Shown here piece after piece: positions 1-9,920 of a stretch of 64,000 nt of DNA (the stretch's first letter is position 1; the number at the start of each line of letters is the position of its first letter). Source of the stretch: an uncultured Clostridium sp. (GTDB lineage: Bacteria; Bacillota; Clostridia; TANB77; CAG-508). The notes under the pieces are model-generated. The model was not told the origin of the DNA and made no database searches. It saw only the letters and a list, made by a program, of their open reading frames with translations. Made by a program: the position numbers and the translations under genes. The stretch is taken from the NCBI GenBank assembly GCA_947651825.1, contig CANTAQ010000001.1:414249-478248 (forward strand). Direction: 5' to 3'.

Positions 1-917
1 TTTCTTTTACTGATCATAATACATTAAAAGCATATTTTGAATTAATGAAAAAGTATAGTTCTGAAGAAATTGAAAGAATTTATGGTGTTAAAATTGTAGT
101 TGGTGTAGAAGTGAATTGTAAAATTGGTAATCAATTTAATGATATGCTTGTATATAATATAGATAATCTTACAGAATTTCAAAATTGGTTAGATGCCAAT
201 ACTAATTTAGATAAATCTCTTGTTTCTCAGCAAGAGCAATTAGAATTTTATAAACAAGTTTGCCAGAATTTAGGATTGAAATTTGATGATGAAGATTTGG
301 TTCTTTCTGATAAATGTCTTTGGGCTGGTACAGTAATTTCAGCAGCTTTAAATAAATATTATGATGAAAATTATCACATAATACCTGATGAAGATTTAAA
401 GGATGGAACTTTGTTCTTTATTCATCAATGTTGTAATCAAAGTTCTCCTTTTTTCTTCAATATTTCTAAATATCGTCCGAAAGTAGAAGATTTAATAAGC
501 AAAGCTCATGAATGTGGTGGATTGGTTTTTGTCGCTCATCCTGGTGCATATAATGGAGCAAGCGCTGAGGATTTGCAACAATATCTTTCTTTTGCCAAAA
601 GCCTTGGTGTTGATGGCGTAGAAATTGATAATTCATTTAATCAAAATGTTAATATGTATAGAACTGTACCTGTCAAATTTTGTATTGATAATAACTTAAA
701 AATGTCTGCCGGTACTGACATTCATACAATAGATGACTCTGACTTTACAAGATGTACTCCTGGTGTAGCTCCAAGATATTCTGGTGTAGGTGTTACAAAA
801 CCCAACTCCTATGTCGCTAAAAAATTTAGAAAAGAAATTATTGATTCTTGGGCTAAATATTGGTATTTTACTAAAGAGTTGAAGTCTATTATTCCCTCAA
901 CTGAATATTTTAAATAA
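1..917 (+). CDS. PHP-domain metal-dependent phosphoesterase (5' end outside window)
   Basis: The frame is open from base 3. Motifs TDHNT and VAHPGAYNGAS with a later DIHT are typical of the PHP family. The start codon lies upstream of the window. Confidence 0.5.
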   Translation, partial: SFTDHNTLKAYFELMKKYSSEEIERIYGVKIVVGVEVNCKIGNQFNDMLVYNIDNLTEFQNWLDANTNLDKSLVSQQEQLEFYKQVCQNLGLKFDDEDLVLSDKCLWAGTVISAALNKYYDENYHIIPDEDLKDGTLFFIHQCCNQSSPFFFNISKYRPKVEDLISKAHECGGLVFVAHPGAYNGASAEDLQQYLSFAKSLGVDGVEIDNSFNQNVNMYRTVPVKFCIDNNLKMSAGTDIHTIDDSDFTRCTPGVAPRYSGVGVTKPNSYVAKKFRKEIIDSWAKYWYFTKELKSIIPSTEYFK

Positions 918-1087
918 GTTTATCTATATTTCCCTTATTAATAAAAACAGATGATATGTTACCTTTTATTCAAAAGATATCATATCATCCATTTTTTCTG
1001 TATTTGCGGAATTTAAAAGATTTTTTTGCTAATACTCACCGTTTTTCCTGTGCCTCAATGTGCTCCTTAAGCCACCTTTCCTTCGCC

Positions 1088-1516
1088 TCAGGCCTCCTCA
1101 AGCCACCTTTCAGCTATTTCAATGACTTCTGGATACACTGACAATTTTAATTTCTTAATAACTGGAGCTGTCGTGTTTGGATTTTTGGCAATGTTACTTG
1201 CAAGTTCAACTTGGTCAGAAATAGCTTTTTCATGGCTATAGTAGCACGAAATTTCTGTACACTTTCTGGCAATGCATATCAATTCTTTTTCAGTCGCGAA
1301 ATCACTTTGGGCTACATATAGCCATTCCTTGAAGTTCTGCGACTGTGCTTTGCCCTCCATGTATCTTCGTATAGCCTGTGAAACTATTGACATGTTGCTT
1401 GCCTGTTTTTCCAAAATCCTAACAATTTCCCGTAGTTCTTCTTGATCATCTCCTTTGCACATTTTAAAGCATAGTTTTACCCAAAAAAGAGTAATGGTTA
1501 ACAACGTCTTTTTCAT
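1088..1516 (-). CDS. hypothetical protein (GC-elevated gene, ~42% GC)
   Basis: 142-aa ORF with a strong RBS (AAGGAGGGG). It has a hydrophobic N-terminus and no recognised domain. Composition differs from the flanks. Confidence 0.5.
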   Translation of the reverse strand: MKKTLLTITLFWVKLCFKMCKGDDQEELREIVRILEKQASNMSIVSQAIRRYMEGKAQSQNFKEWLYVAQSDFATEKELICIARKCTEISCYYSHEKAISDQVELASNIAKNPNTTAPVIKKLKLSVYPEVIEIAERWLEEA

Positions 1517-1628
1517 ATCCCCTCCTTGCTCTACAGAGCGGTGTGTTAGATTATTTGCAACAATATGTTGTTACCATACAACATTATACAGAATATTTAT
1601 ACCAAAGTCAATTATGTAAATTATATTT

Positions 1629-3530
1629 TCACGTATTATTTAGTTCTTCCCACTCTTGCATTTTCATTTCCACTTCTATCTCTAATCCCTTTATTTGATC
1701 TTGCAATTCCTTTAACTTTACATAGTCTGAACACACTTCTTCTCTTTGCATTTCTTTTTCTATTTCTTTTATTTCATTTTCTTTTTGTTCAATTTCTCTT
1801 TCTAATTTATCTATCTTCCTATTCTTTCTTGCATTTTCTTTATTTTGCAAATATGTATTATTTGTGTTCTTTGGTCTATCATTTTCTTTCTTTTCTTCTA
1901 TTACCTCTTCTTGCATTTTGCTTTCTTTATATCTGCAATATTCTTCATAGTTACCATTAAAATAACTAACTCCTTCTTTCTCAAATGCCAATATTGAATC
2001 AGCTATTTTATTTACAAAATATCTATCATGTGAAACAAATATTAAACTTCCTTTGTATTCTTTTAAAATATTCTCTAAACTTTCTTTTCCAACTATATCC
2101 ATATGATTTGTAGGCTCATCTAATAGTAGTAAATTGGCTTCTTTTTTAAATATCTTACATAATTGTAAGCGTACCTTTTCTCCTCCTGATAAGACCTTTA
2201 TTTCTTTAAAAACGTCTTCTCCCGTAAATTGAAATGTTCCTAACATACTTCTTACTTTAGTAGTTGTTAGACTTGGAAATTCGTTACTAAACTCATCAAA
2301 TATAGTATTATTTGGGTTTAATGAATCCATTTGCTGGTCAAAATATTCTTTTTTCACATGATAACCATATTCAAGTTCTCCCCCTAAATTTGGTATATAT
2401 CCCATAAGAGTCTTTAATAATGTTGATTTTCCTATTCCATTTTCTCCAATTATGCCAAGCTTTTGTCCTTTATATAGTTCAAAAGATATCTCTGCAAAAG
2501 GATTGTTATTATATCCTATTTTTAATTTTTTTGCTGATACTACTAGTTTTCCACTTTCTACTGGTATATTAAAATCAGTATGGAATGTTCTTAAATCGTA
2601 TTTATTTGGTTCTTCAATTATTGTCATTCTCTCTATTTGTTTTAATTTTGATAATGCCATTTTTGCTTTTGTTGGTTTATACCTAAATCTATCTGCAATT
2701 GCTTGAAGTCTTTTTATTTCTGCTTGTTGATACTCATAATCTTTTAATTGTTTTTCATAATTTGTTCTTTTCTGTTTTTCAAATGAGGTATAGTTTCCTG
2801 TATATTCTGTAATTGAAGCATATTCTATTTCATATACTTTGTTTACAATTTTATCTAAAAACATTCTATCATGTGATACTACTACAATTGCTTTAGTGTA
2901 ATTTCTTAGATAGCTTTCTAACCATTCTATTGTTGCAATATCTAAATGGTTTGTTGGTTCATCTAATAGCAAAATCTCTGGTTTACTCAATAGTAATTTT
3001 AAAAAAGCAATTTTAGTTTTTTGTCCTCCTGAAAATTCATTTATTTTTTTATATTTGTCTTGTTCTGTAAATCCAAATTTTCGTATTGCTGTTTCATATT
3101 CTTTTTTATATGTATAACCACCATTTATCTCATATTTTTCTAAGTTTTCAGTATATTCTTTTATTAGTTTATCATTTGTTTCGGTTTGTAATCTTTCTTG
3201 CAAATTGTTTACTTTATTTTCCAATTTTATAATATCTTCATATGACTTTAATATTTCTTGTAAAAACGTATTCTCTGAATTTTCAAATTCTATCTGTTTT
3301 AAATATCCAATAGTTGGAGTTCCCTGCCTGTACACTCCAAATTTTGTTTCTCCAATTCCTTCTTCTAGCATTTCATTATCTATAATTGATTTTAGCAGTG
3401 TAGTTTTACCACTACCATTTTTTCCAACTATAGCTATTTTATCTTTTTCTTTTATTTCAAAATTTATTTCTTCTAATATTGTGTCTGCTCCGTAAGATAT
3501 GGCACCATTTACTATTTTGTAGTTCATCAT
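1629..3530 (-). CDS. ABC-F family ATPase (tandem ABC domains, C-terminal coiled coil; Uup/EttA-like)
   Basis: Two Walker A motifs (GKNGSGKTT, GENGIGKST), two LSGG signatures, and a charged coiled-coil tail. Confidence 0.85.
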   Translation of the reverse strand: MMNYKIVNGAISYGADTILEEINFEIKEKDKIAIVGKNGSGKTTLLKSIIDNEMLEEGIGETKFGVYRQGTPTIGYLKQIEFENSENTFLQEILKSYEDIIKLENKVNNLQERLQTETNDKLIKEYTENLEKYEINGGYTYKKEYETAIRKFGFTEQDKYKKINEFSGGQKTKIAFLKLLLSKPEILLLDEPTNHLDIATIEWLESYLRNYTKAIVVVSHDRMFLDKIVNKVYEIEYASITEYTGNYTSFEKQKRTNYEKQLKDYEYQQAEIKRLQAIADRFRYKPTKAKMALSKLKQIERMTIIEEPNKYDLRTFHTDFNIPVESGKLVVSAKKLKIGYNNNPFAEISFELYKGQKLGIIGENGIGKSTLLKTLMGYIPNLGGELEYGYHVKKEYFDQQMDSLNPNNTIFDEFSNEFPSLTTTKVRSMLGTFQFTGEDVFKEIKVLSGGEKVRLQLCKIFKKEANLLLLDEPTNHMDIVGKESLENILKEYKGSLIFVSHDRYFVNKIADSILAFEKEGVSYFNGNYEEYCRYKESKMQEEVIEEKKENDRPKNTNNTYLQNKENARKNRKIDKLEREIEQKENEIKEIEKEMQREEVCSDYVKLKELQDQIKGLEIEVEMKMQEWEELNNT

Positions 3531-3542
3531 TTTCTCCTTGTT

Positions 3543-5441
3543 CTAAAAAATACGTTCTACGAATCTAACATATTTATCTATCAGATTAGTATTTTTACTT
3601 GAATCAATTATCTCTTTTGACAGTGTAACATCATCTGTAATAATATTATCAACATTTAGTTCTATCATCTTTCTTATATTTTCTTCTGTATTAACTGTCC
3701 AAGCATATAGCTTTTTACCTTTTTTATGTATTCTTTTTACCAATTTTTTTGTTACACTTGTTGCTTCTATACTAAAATTATCTGCTGCTTCTAGTGGTGC
3801 TATATCTCCATATGCTAAACTCATAACATATACTGTTTCTATGTTTTTATCATATTCTTTTACTCTTTCCAACACTTCATACACTTGTGAAGTTATAACA
3901 CATTCATTTCTAAAATCTAATCTATTAATAATATCTATAACGCTCTTTTCAAAATTTATTTCATGACCTGTTGGCTTTAATTCAATATTTAATTTTATAT
4001 CACTTTCTTTTGCAAATTCTATAACTTCTTCTAATAATGGGATTTTTTCATAAATACCTGAAGAAGGTTCTAATGTTGTTGAATCAGAAATCATAAACTC
4101 TTTTTCTTCAAAATAATTAGCTGCATTTAGCTTACTTACTTCTTCATATGTAAGTTCCCATGTATTTGCATTTTCTCCCGTTACTCTTTTAAAATTTTTA
4201 TCGTGGAAAACTATAATTTTTCCATCTTTTGTTTGTTGAACATCAAGTTCAATCCAATCTGCCCCTAATTTTTTAGCACCAACAAATGCACTCATTGTAT
4301 TTTCAGGATAATCAATCGATGCACCTCTATGAGCTGTAACTTCCAATGTTCTTGTTTTATTCGTATTTAAATTATACCAGCCTTTATATATCCCATATGA
4401 AAAAAGAGAAGATATAATAATAATTACACTTATTAAAATTACTAAATATCCTTTTGTTGTGTCTGTCCATAAAGTTTTCTGCTTAGTATTAAGTATTTCA
4501 ATCGATTTCACTTGTTCTCGTTTTTCTTTTTTATGTAAATAGAACAATACACTTATACATGCATAACTAATAGGAGTTGATAATATTTCAAGTGCAACAA
4601 AAGATATTGCCATTAACACCCATATAATAGTTGTAAATATGCTTTTTGCAATAATAATATTTTTAAATATATTACTAAATGTTATAATACCAAAAACTCC
4701 AAATGCAATAAATAATATATATCCAATTGCAATTAAAATTTGTATAGAAATTAGTGCAAATAAATCTTTAAAGTGTTTATCCTTTCCTAATACTGTGCTT
4801 TTTTTCCTTGCCTCTTTAAAACTAACATCTTCTAGCACGAAATAATGAATTGAATAAATCCATCTCATAAATAATGTTGTCAATAGTGCCATCGCAATAT
4901 AAAAAATTATAGACAACATATTATTTTCTTCAATTGTTTTTAGAATAAATTCTGGAATATTTATATTGTGTACAAAACTAGATGCTACTCCTATTTGTAA
5001 AAATGGTATTAAAAATAAAACAAAGAAAGCAAGTGGAAGATTTCTTAACTTCATCATTTTAGTGCATTTGCTAAAAGATAATTTTATGCTATTTATAATA
5101 TTTATTTTCTTTTCTTGATATGATTGATCTAAAATTACAATAACTGTTGTTATATCAAACATATTGTACACTGTCATTATCATTATTAATCCCAGTAATA
5201 ATAGCAAAGTAAATGGATTTAATAAAAATTCTACAATGTTTTCTTTTGTTAGGTATGAATATCCGGTTAGTTTCATTGTAAAGTTGAATATTGTCCAGAA
5301 TAATGGCTTAAAAATTAAAACACTTATTATTTTAAATAGAAATTCAAATCCTAATAAAGTCCATATATTATATTTTAATATCTCTATAACTTTTTTTGTT
5401 TTTTTAAATTGTTCCTCTTTTTTTATTGCTTCTTTAAGCAT
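3543..5441 (-). CDS. multi-pass membrane protein with C-terminal glycerophosphodiester phosphodiesterase (GDPD) domain
   Basis: AHRGAS...ELDVQQTKDG..VFHD GDPD motifs follow ~8 predicted TM helices. The start was chosen at the second ATG, which is preceded by GGAGGG. Confidence 0.75.
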   Translation of the reverse strand: MLKEAIKKEEQFKKTKKVIEILKYNIWTLLGFEFLFKIISVLIFKPLFWTIFNFTMKLTGYSYLTKENIVEFLLNPFTLLLLLGLIMIMTVYNMFDITTVIVILDQSYQEKKINIINSIKLSFSKCTKMMKLRNLPLAFFVLFLIPFLQIGVASSFVHNINIPEFILKTIEENNMLSIIFYIAMALLTTLFMRWIYSIHYFVLEDVSFKEARKKSTVLGKDKHFKDLFALISIQILIAIGYILFIAFGVFGIITFSNIFKNIIIAKSIFTTIIWVLMAISFVALEILSTPISYACISVLFYLHKKEKREQVKSIEILNTKQKTLWTDTTKGYLVILISVIIIISSLFSYGIYKGWYNLNTNKTRTLEVTAHRGASIDYPENTMSAFVGAKKLGADWIELDVQQTKDGKIIVFHDKNFKRVTGENANTWELTYEEVSKLNAANYFEEKEFMISDSTTLEPSSGIYEKIPLLEEVIEFAKESDIKLNIELKPTGHEINFEKSVIDIINRLDFRNECVITSQVYEVLERVKEYDKNIETVYVMSLAYGDIAPLEAADNFSIEATSVTKKLVKRIHKKGKKLYAWTVNTEENIRKMIELNVDNIITDDVTLSKEIIDSSKNTNLIDKYVRFVERIF

Positions 5442-5489
5442 ATGTCCCTCCATATTTTGTTTCTAATATCTTACCAAAAAACTATTACA

Positions 5490-5520
5490 AAAGCAAGTAA
5501 GTTTTGAGCTTACTTGCTTT
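5490..5520. other. stem-loop (12-bp stem) in 5' leader of GDPD gene / possible bidirectional terminator
   Basis: aaagcaagtaag-ttttgagc-ttacttgctttt. Confidence 0.4.
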
Positions 5521-5540
5521 TAATATTAAACCGATTACAT

Positions 5541-5569
5541 ATTGACAAAATAATATTATCCATGTATAA
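5541..5569 (+). promoter_or_regulatory. consensus sigma70-type promoter TTGACA-17-TATAAT; -10 region made of two ATAATATTAT palindromes
   Basis: The hexamers and the 17-bp spacer are exact. The -35 also reads TTGTCA on the minus strand, so this may be a divergent promoter. Confidence 0.45.
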
Positions 5570-5575
5570 TATTAT

Positions 5576-5670
5576 TAGGAAATGGAGAACCACAAACGTG
5601 GTTTGCCTGTTTAGATTTGTTAAAACAAACGCATCCAAATAGTCAAATTACAGATGCGTCTGTTTTTTTA
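5576..5670 (+). ncRNA. candidate small RNA (~95 nt) between perfect promoter and intrinsic terminator
   Basis: No ORF with an RBS. It ends in a 12-bp stem (aacaaacgcatc/gatgcgtctgtt) followed by TTTTTTT. Confidence 0.3.
5624..5670 (+). terminator. intrinsic terminator (also readable on minus strand)
   Basis: GC-containing stem, 17-nt loop, then a U7 tract. Confidence 0.55.
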
Positions 5671-5796
5671 TTGCTTTTTGCTTTTACTCAAAACTATAGT
5701 TAATACTATAATCAAGGTAATTGCTATGATAGTTGTCATTATTAATACATAAAATAATATGTATATGGTTGTAATTAAATATTCTGTTTCTATCAT
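5668..5796 (-). CDS. small hydrophobic peptide (42 aa, single TM) MIETEYLITTIYILFYVLIMTTIIAITLIIVLTIVLSKSKKQ
   Basis: RBS AAAGGAGGTGAGG sits 6 nt before the ATG. Too short to appear in the ORF track. Confidence 0.35.
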   Translation of the reverse strand: MIETEYLITTIYILFYVLIMTTIIAITLIIVLTIVLSKSKKQ

Positions 5797-5856
5797 AAGC
5801 CTCACCTCCTTTTGGAGGCAAACCACATCTGCTTATCTCATTTCCTATGCTAAATA

Positions 5857-6453
5857 CTATAGCACATTTTTGTCTATTTGTCTATATTTGATTTGAATGT
5901 TTTTTAACTTTTTTATTACCTTTTCAAATACTGGTTTACTAAACTCTGCCATTTTTTCACTTGTTGCCTCTTTTAAAGGAATCCACTTTATTCCTTTGCT
6001 TTCGTCTTCTCTAAAACTTAACTTTTCATTCTCATCTGCTTCAAATAAATAAACTACATCATAATGTGTATGTGCTGATATATATTTTCCTTTTTTTATA
6101 TGCCCTTTTACTGGGCATGCTTGGATTGCAAATATATGATTACTTAGTGGTTCCAGTTTTAGACTCGTCTCTTCCCATACTTCTCTCTTTGCTACTTCTA
6201 ACAAGTTACTTTCTCCATCTGCATGTCCTCCCGGATATACCCATGAATTATATATTTTATGATACACCACCAATGTTTTTGTTCTTTCTTTATTTAAGAT
6301 AATTGCAGATGAAGAAAAATGCATGAAGTTATTATTCCTAGTTAAAACATCATCAAATTTATCAATTGCTTCCAACATTACTTTTTTATCATTTTCTTCT
6401 TGTTCATTAAATGGCATATATTTTTCTATTAACTCTCTAAAATTATTCTTCAT
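5857..6453 (-). CDS. NUDIX hydrolase
   Basis: Nudix box GGHADGESNLLEVAKREVWEETS. Confidence 0.85.
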   Translation of the reverse strand: MKNNFRELIEKYMPFNEQEENDKKVMLEAIDKFDDVLTRNNNFMHFSSSAIILNKERTKTLVVYHKIYNSWVYPGGHADGESNLLEVAKREVWEETSLKLEPLSNHIFAIQACPVKGHIKKGKYISAHTHYDVVYLFEADENEKLSFREDESKGIKWIPLKEATSEKMAEFSKPVFEKVIKKLKNIQIKYRQIDKNVL

Positions 6454-6455
6454 TA

Positions 6456-6842
6456 TTACTCCTTAATAAATTCTTTTAATTTTGATAAATCTCCTTTTAG
6501 AAGCTTTACTTCCCATGCAATCAATTCTTCTTCAAATGGTTTATAAATATCATTTAATAAAAATATTTCTCTTCCCTTATAAAATCCAAATGCTAATTCT
6601 GCAAATCCATTTGCTCCTATATAATTTTCCTGATCATTTTTGTTTTCATTTACTATTAAAAGTGCAGCCACATCTTCTTTTTCTATTTCTGAAAAATGTA
6701 GTAATGATGCTTCTTTTTTATCCATATTTACTATAAATTCTCTTGGTACTACTACATTGTAGCCTATCTCTTTCAATTCTTTTTCCAGTTCAAAAAACTT
6801 TGGTATAAATTTTTTAGAACCACATAATACTATCTTTTTCAT
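6456..6842 (-). CDS. hypothetical protein, possibly nucleoside 2-deoxyribosyltransferase-like (Rcl/DNPH1-like)
   Basis: IVLCGSKKF resembles the N-terminal motif of that fold. It is nearly contiguous with the NUDIX gene. Confidence 0.3.
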   Translation of the reverse strand: MKKIVLCGSKKFIPKFFELEKELKEIGYNVVVPREFIVNMDKKEASLLHFSEIEKEDVAALLIVNENKNDQENYIGANGFAELAFGFYKGREIFLLNDIYKPFEEELIAWEVKLLKGDLSKLKEFIKE

Positions 6843-6933
6843 TTTCTCACCCTTACAAAGAACGGGCGATTAAAATCGCCCCATGTATTCTATTTCTTAT
6901 TTAAAATTTTTGCTATATAGCTCCACTTGAATG

Positions 6934-7437
6934 TTATATATTGATTTCGACAATTTTATTTTGTCTCAAGCAACTTTGTACATCTAACAATCTTTGATTA
7001 TCTGATCCCCTGAATTTTATTTCTGGATTTTTTCTTTCTTCTACAAATCTTCCATCTACTAATACATCTATATTTTTTAATGTCTCATTTGTTGCTTCAT
7101 CATTTCTTGCCTCTAGTTGTTCTAATGTATATCCTGTATAGCACCATACATCAAAATTTGGTTTTTCTCTTTTTACATTTTCTATAAATTTGTTTACTTC
7201 TTTAATATTTTGTGGACATAATGGTTCCCCGCCACTTATTGTTATTCCATTTAATATTGAATTTTCTTTTATTCTATTTATAATTTTAGTTTCATCAAAC
7301 TCTTCTCCATAATTATAATCCTGTGCTATTTTATTATGGCAACCTGGACAATTGTGTGGGCAGCCACTTACAAAAAGTACTGCTCTCCAACCTGTCCCAT
7401 TTGATATACTTTCATCATAAAAACCTGCCATCTTCAT
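6934..7437 (-). CDS. nrdG: anaerobic ribonucleoside-triphosphate reductase activating protein
   Basis: Radical-SAM cluster motif CPHNCPGCHN. It sits downstream of nrdD. Confidence 0.9.
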   Translation of the reverse strand: MKMAGFYDESISNGTGWRAVLFVSGCPHNCPGCHNKIAQDYNYGEEFDETKIINRIKENSILNGITISGGEPLCPQNIKEVNKFIENVKREKPNFDVWCYTGYTLEQLEARNDEATNETLKNIDVLVDGRFVEERKNPEIKFRGSDNQRLLDVQSCLRQNKIVEINI

Positions 7438-7443
7438 TGGTAT

Positions 7444-9744
7444 TTAAGCCCCCTTTATACAGTTTTCTTCAAATCCTGTATGTGTTACTCTATCTTTTAA
7501 TTCATCTAATTTTGCTGCATTCCATCTTGATGTTGTTCCTACTAAATATCCAGTTATTCTTTGAATTGTATCTATATTTTCACTTCCGCATTTTGGACAT
7601 TTTAATAAATTTGCTTCTGCATTTTCAAACCCACAATCTAAGCATCTTGATCTTGTGTGGTTTATTGATCCATATCCCATATTATATTTGTCCATTAAAT
7701 CTACTACTGCCTTTATTGTTTCTGGATTATGTGTCGCATCTCCATCTAATTCTATATAGAAAATATGTCCTGCTCTACAAATTTCGTGGTATGGTGCTTC
7801 TGTTTTTGCTTTATGTTCTGCTGTACACTTATACCATACTGGTACATGGTTACTATTTGTGTAATATTTTCTATCTGTTATTCCTGGAATTGCTCCATAT
7901 GTCTTTTTATCTATCTTCGTAAATCTTCCTGAAATTCCTTCTGCTGGTGTTGCTAAAACTGAATAATTTAAGTTATATCTTTCTGAAAATTCATTTGTCA
8001 TTTCTCTCATTTCTGATATGATTTTTATTCCTAATTTTTGTGCTTCATCTGATTCTCCATGATGTTTCCCAATTAATGCTATTAAACATTCTGCTAACCC
8101 TATAAAGCCTATACTTAATGTCCCATATTTTAAAACCTCTTCTACTGAATCATTTGGTTTTAATTTTTCACTTTCCATCCACATTCCTGCCATAAGTAGT
8201 GGGAATTGTTTTGCAACTGCTGTTGCTTGGAATTGATATCTTTCATATAATTGTTTTGCTGCAATATTTGTATATTTTTCTAATTCGCTCATGAATATTT
8301 TTATAACAGTCTTTTTATATTGTTCTGTCATTTTTTCACTGCTACCAATTCCTAGTTCAAAGTGTAATCCTAATTTTTCTTGTGCTTTGAAAGCTGATTC
8401 TATTGCTATTTTAGGTAAGTTAATTGTTGTGAATGATAAGTTTCCTCTTCCTATTGATGTTTTTTCTCCATGTCTATTTTCAAATACTCTTGTTCTGCAT
8501 CCCATTGTTGCACATTCATAATACCATCTATTTGGATCTTTTTCATCCCATTTATCATTTTGGTTGAATGTTGAATCTAAGTTAATATAATTAGGGAAAA
8601 ATCTTCTTGCAGCTACTTTACAAGAGAATTCATATAAATCGTAATTTGGATCTTCTGGTAAATAATTAACTCCTCTTTTCTTTTTCCAAATTTGAATTGG
8701 GAATATTGCTGTTTCTGAATTTCCAACTCCTTCATATGTAGATTGTAACATCTCTCTTATTATACATCTTCCCTCTGCTGATGTATCTGTACCATAATTT
8801 ATTGAACTAAATACTACTTGGTTTCCTCCTCTTGAATGTATTGTATTCATATTGTGTATGAATGCTTCCATTGATTGATGGACTCTATCTACTGTTCTAT
8901 TTATTGCTATTTGAATTATTCTTTCATCACCTTTTAGTCCATTTAATTCTTTCTTAATATAATCTTTTGGTTGATAATCTAATAGTTTTGTTACATCTAC
9001 CTCTATAGCTTCTCCTTGTTTCTTTATTTCTTCAATAAAAGTTTGTTTAACATATGGTGCTAAAAAATAATCAAATGCTGGTATTGCTTGTCCTCCATGC
9101 ATTTCATTTTGTATTGTTTCCATTGATATACAACCTAAAATACTTGCTGTTTCTATTCTCTTTGCTGGTCTTGATGAACCATGTCCTGCTCTAAATCCAT
9201 CTTTTAAAATTTTATTTAATGGATGTTGCAAACATGTTAAACTTTTTGTTGGATAATAATCTTTATCATGAATGTGTACATATCCACCATTAACTGCTTC
9301 TCTTACATCTGAAGATAGTAAGAAGTCGTCTACGAATGGTTTTGTTGTTTCTGATGCAAATTTCATCATCATTCCTGCTGGTGTATCTGCATTCATATTT
9401 GCATTTTCTCTTGTTATATCATTTGATTTTGCTCCTATTATATCTACAAACATTTCCTTTGTTCTTGATTTTCTTGCAACATCTCTATTGTATCTATATG
9501 TTATGTAGCTTTGTGCTACTTCTTTTCTACTTGAACCCATTAATTTTTTTTCAACAGCATCTTGTATTTCATATACACTAACTTGATTTTTAGCTTCTAA
9601 TTGTCTTTCTACGCTTGAAGCTATTTTATTTGCTAAATCTATATCTACTCCTCCTACTGTTTGTGCCATTGATTTTGTTACTGCATCAATTATTCTTTCT
9701 TTATTGAATTCCATTACTCTTCCATCTCTTTTGATTACTTGCAT
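7444..9744 (-). CDS. nrdD: anaerobic ribonucleoside-triphosphate reductase
   Basis: N-terminal ATP-cone, C-terminal Zn ribbon CLDCG...CPKCGS, and glycyl-radical motif RITGY. Confidence 0.95.
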   Translation of the reverse strand: MQVIKRDGRVMEFNKERIIDAVTKSMAQTVGGVDIDLANKIASSVERQLEAKNQVSVYEIQDAVEKKLMGSSRKEVAQSYITYRYNRDVARKSRTKEMFVDIIGAKSNDITRENANMNADTPAGMMMKFASETTKPFVDDFLLSSDVREAVNGGYVHIHDKDYYPTKSLTCLQHPLNKILKDGFRAGHGSSRPAKRIETASILGCISMETIQNEMHGGQAIPAFDYFLAPYVKQTFIEEIKKQGEAIEVDVTKLLDYQPKDYIKKELNGLKGDERIIQIAINRTVDRVHQSMEAFIHNMNTIHSRGGNQVVFSSINYGTDTSAEGRCIIREMLQSTYEGVGNSETAIFPIQIWKKKRGVNYLPEDPNYDLYEFSCKVAARRFFPNYINLDSTFNQNDKWDEKDPNRWYYECATMGCRTRVFENRHGEKTSIGRGNLSFTTINLPKIAIESAFKAQEKLGLHFELGIGSSEKMTEQYKKTVIKIFMSELEKYTNIAAKQLYERYQFQATAVAKQFPLLMAGMWMESEKLKPNDSVEEVLKYGTLSIGFIGLAECLIALIGKHHGESDEAQKLGIKIISEMREMTNEFSERYNLNYSVLATPAEGISGRFTKIDKKTYGAIPGITDRKYYTNSNHVPVWYKCTAEHKAKTEAPYHEICRAGHIFYIELDGDATHNPETIKAVVDLMDKYNMGYGSINHTRSRCLDCGFENAEANLLKCPKCGSENIDTIQRITGYLVGTTSRWNAAKLDELKDRVTHTGFEENCIKGA

Positions 9745-9802
9745 TTTTTATTACCCCCTAAATTTATTTGACCTTATTTTATTGTAAAATTTATTTTTAT
9801 AA

Positions 9803-9818
9803 AGTTGCCATAGCAACT
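9803..9818. promoter_or_regulatory. palindrome AGTTGCCATAGCAACT + T-run (copy 1 of 3)
   Basis: Perfect inverted repeat 60 bp upstream of the nrdD start codon. Confidence 0.35.
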
Positions 9819-9920
9819 TTTTTAGCTCTACAATTTTTTTGTCGTTTCAAAGTAACTTCTTATCTCACTTTTTTCCAATTATTACATTTATATTACAAGT
9901 TTTTTTCATTCTCAAACATG

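Noticed and set aside
1565-1960. 131-aa plus-strand ORF
   Set aside because: Low-complexity Leu/Phe-rich translation lying antisense to the ABC-F gene. It is a shadow ORF.
7323-9581. Several 76-199 aa plus-strand ORFs inside nrdD/nrdG
   Set aside because: Antisense shadow ORFs with L/F/I-rich low-complexity products and no RBS.
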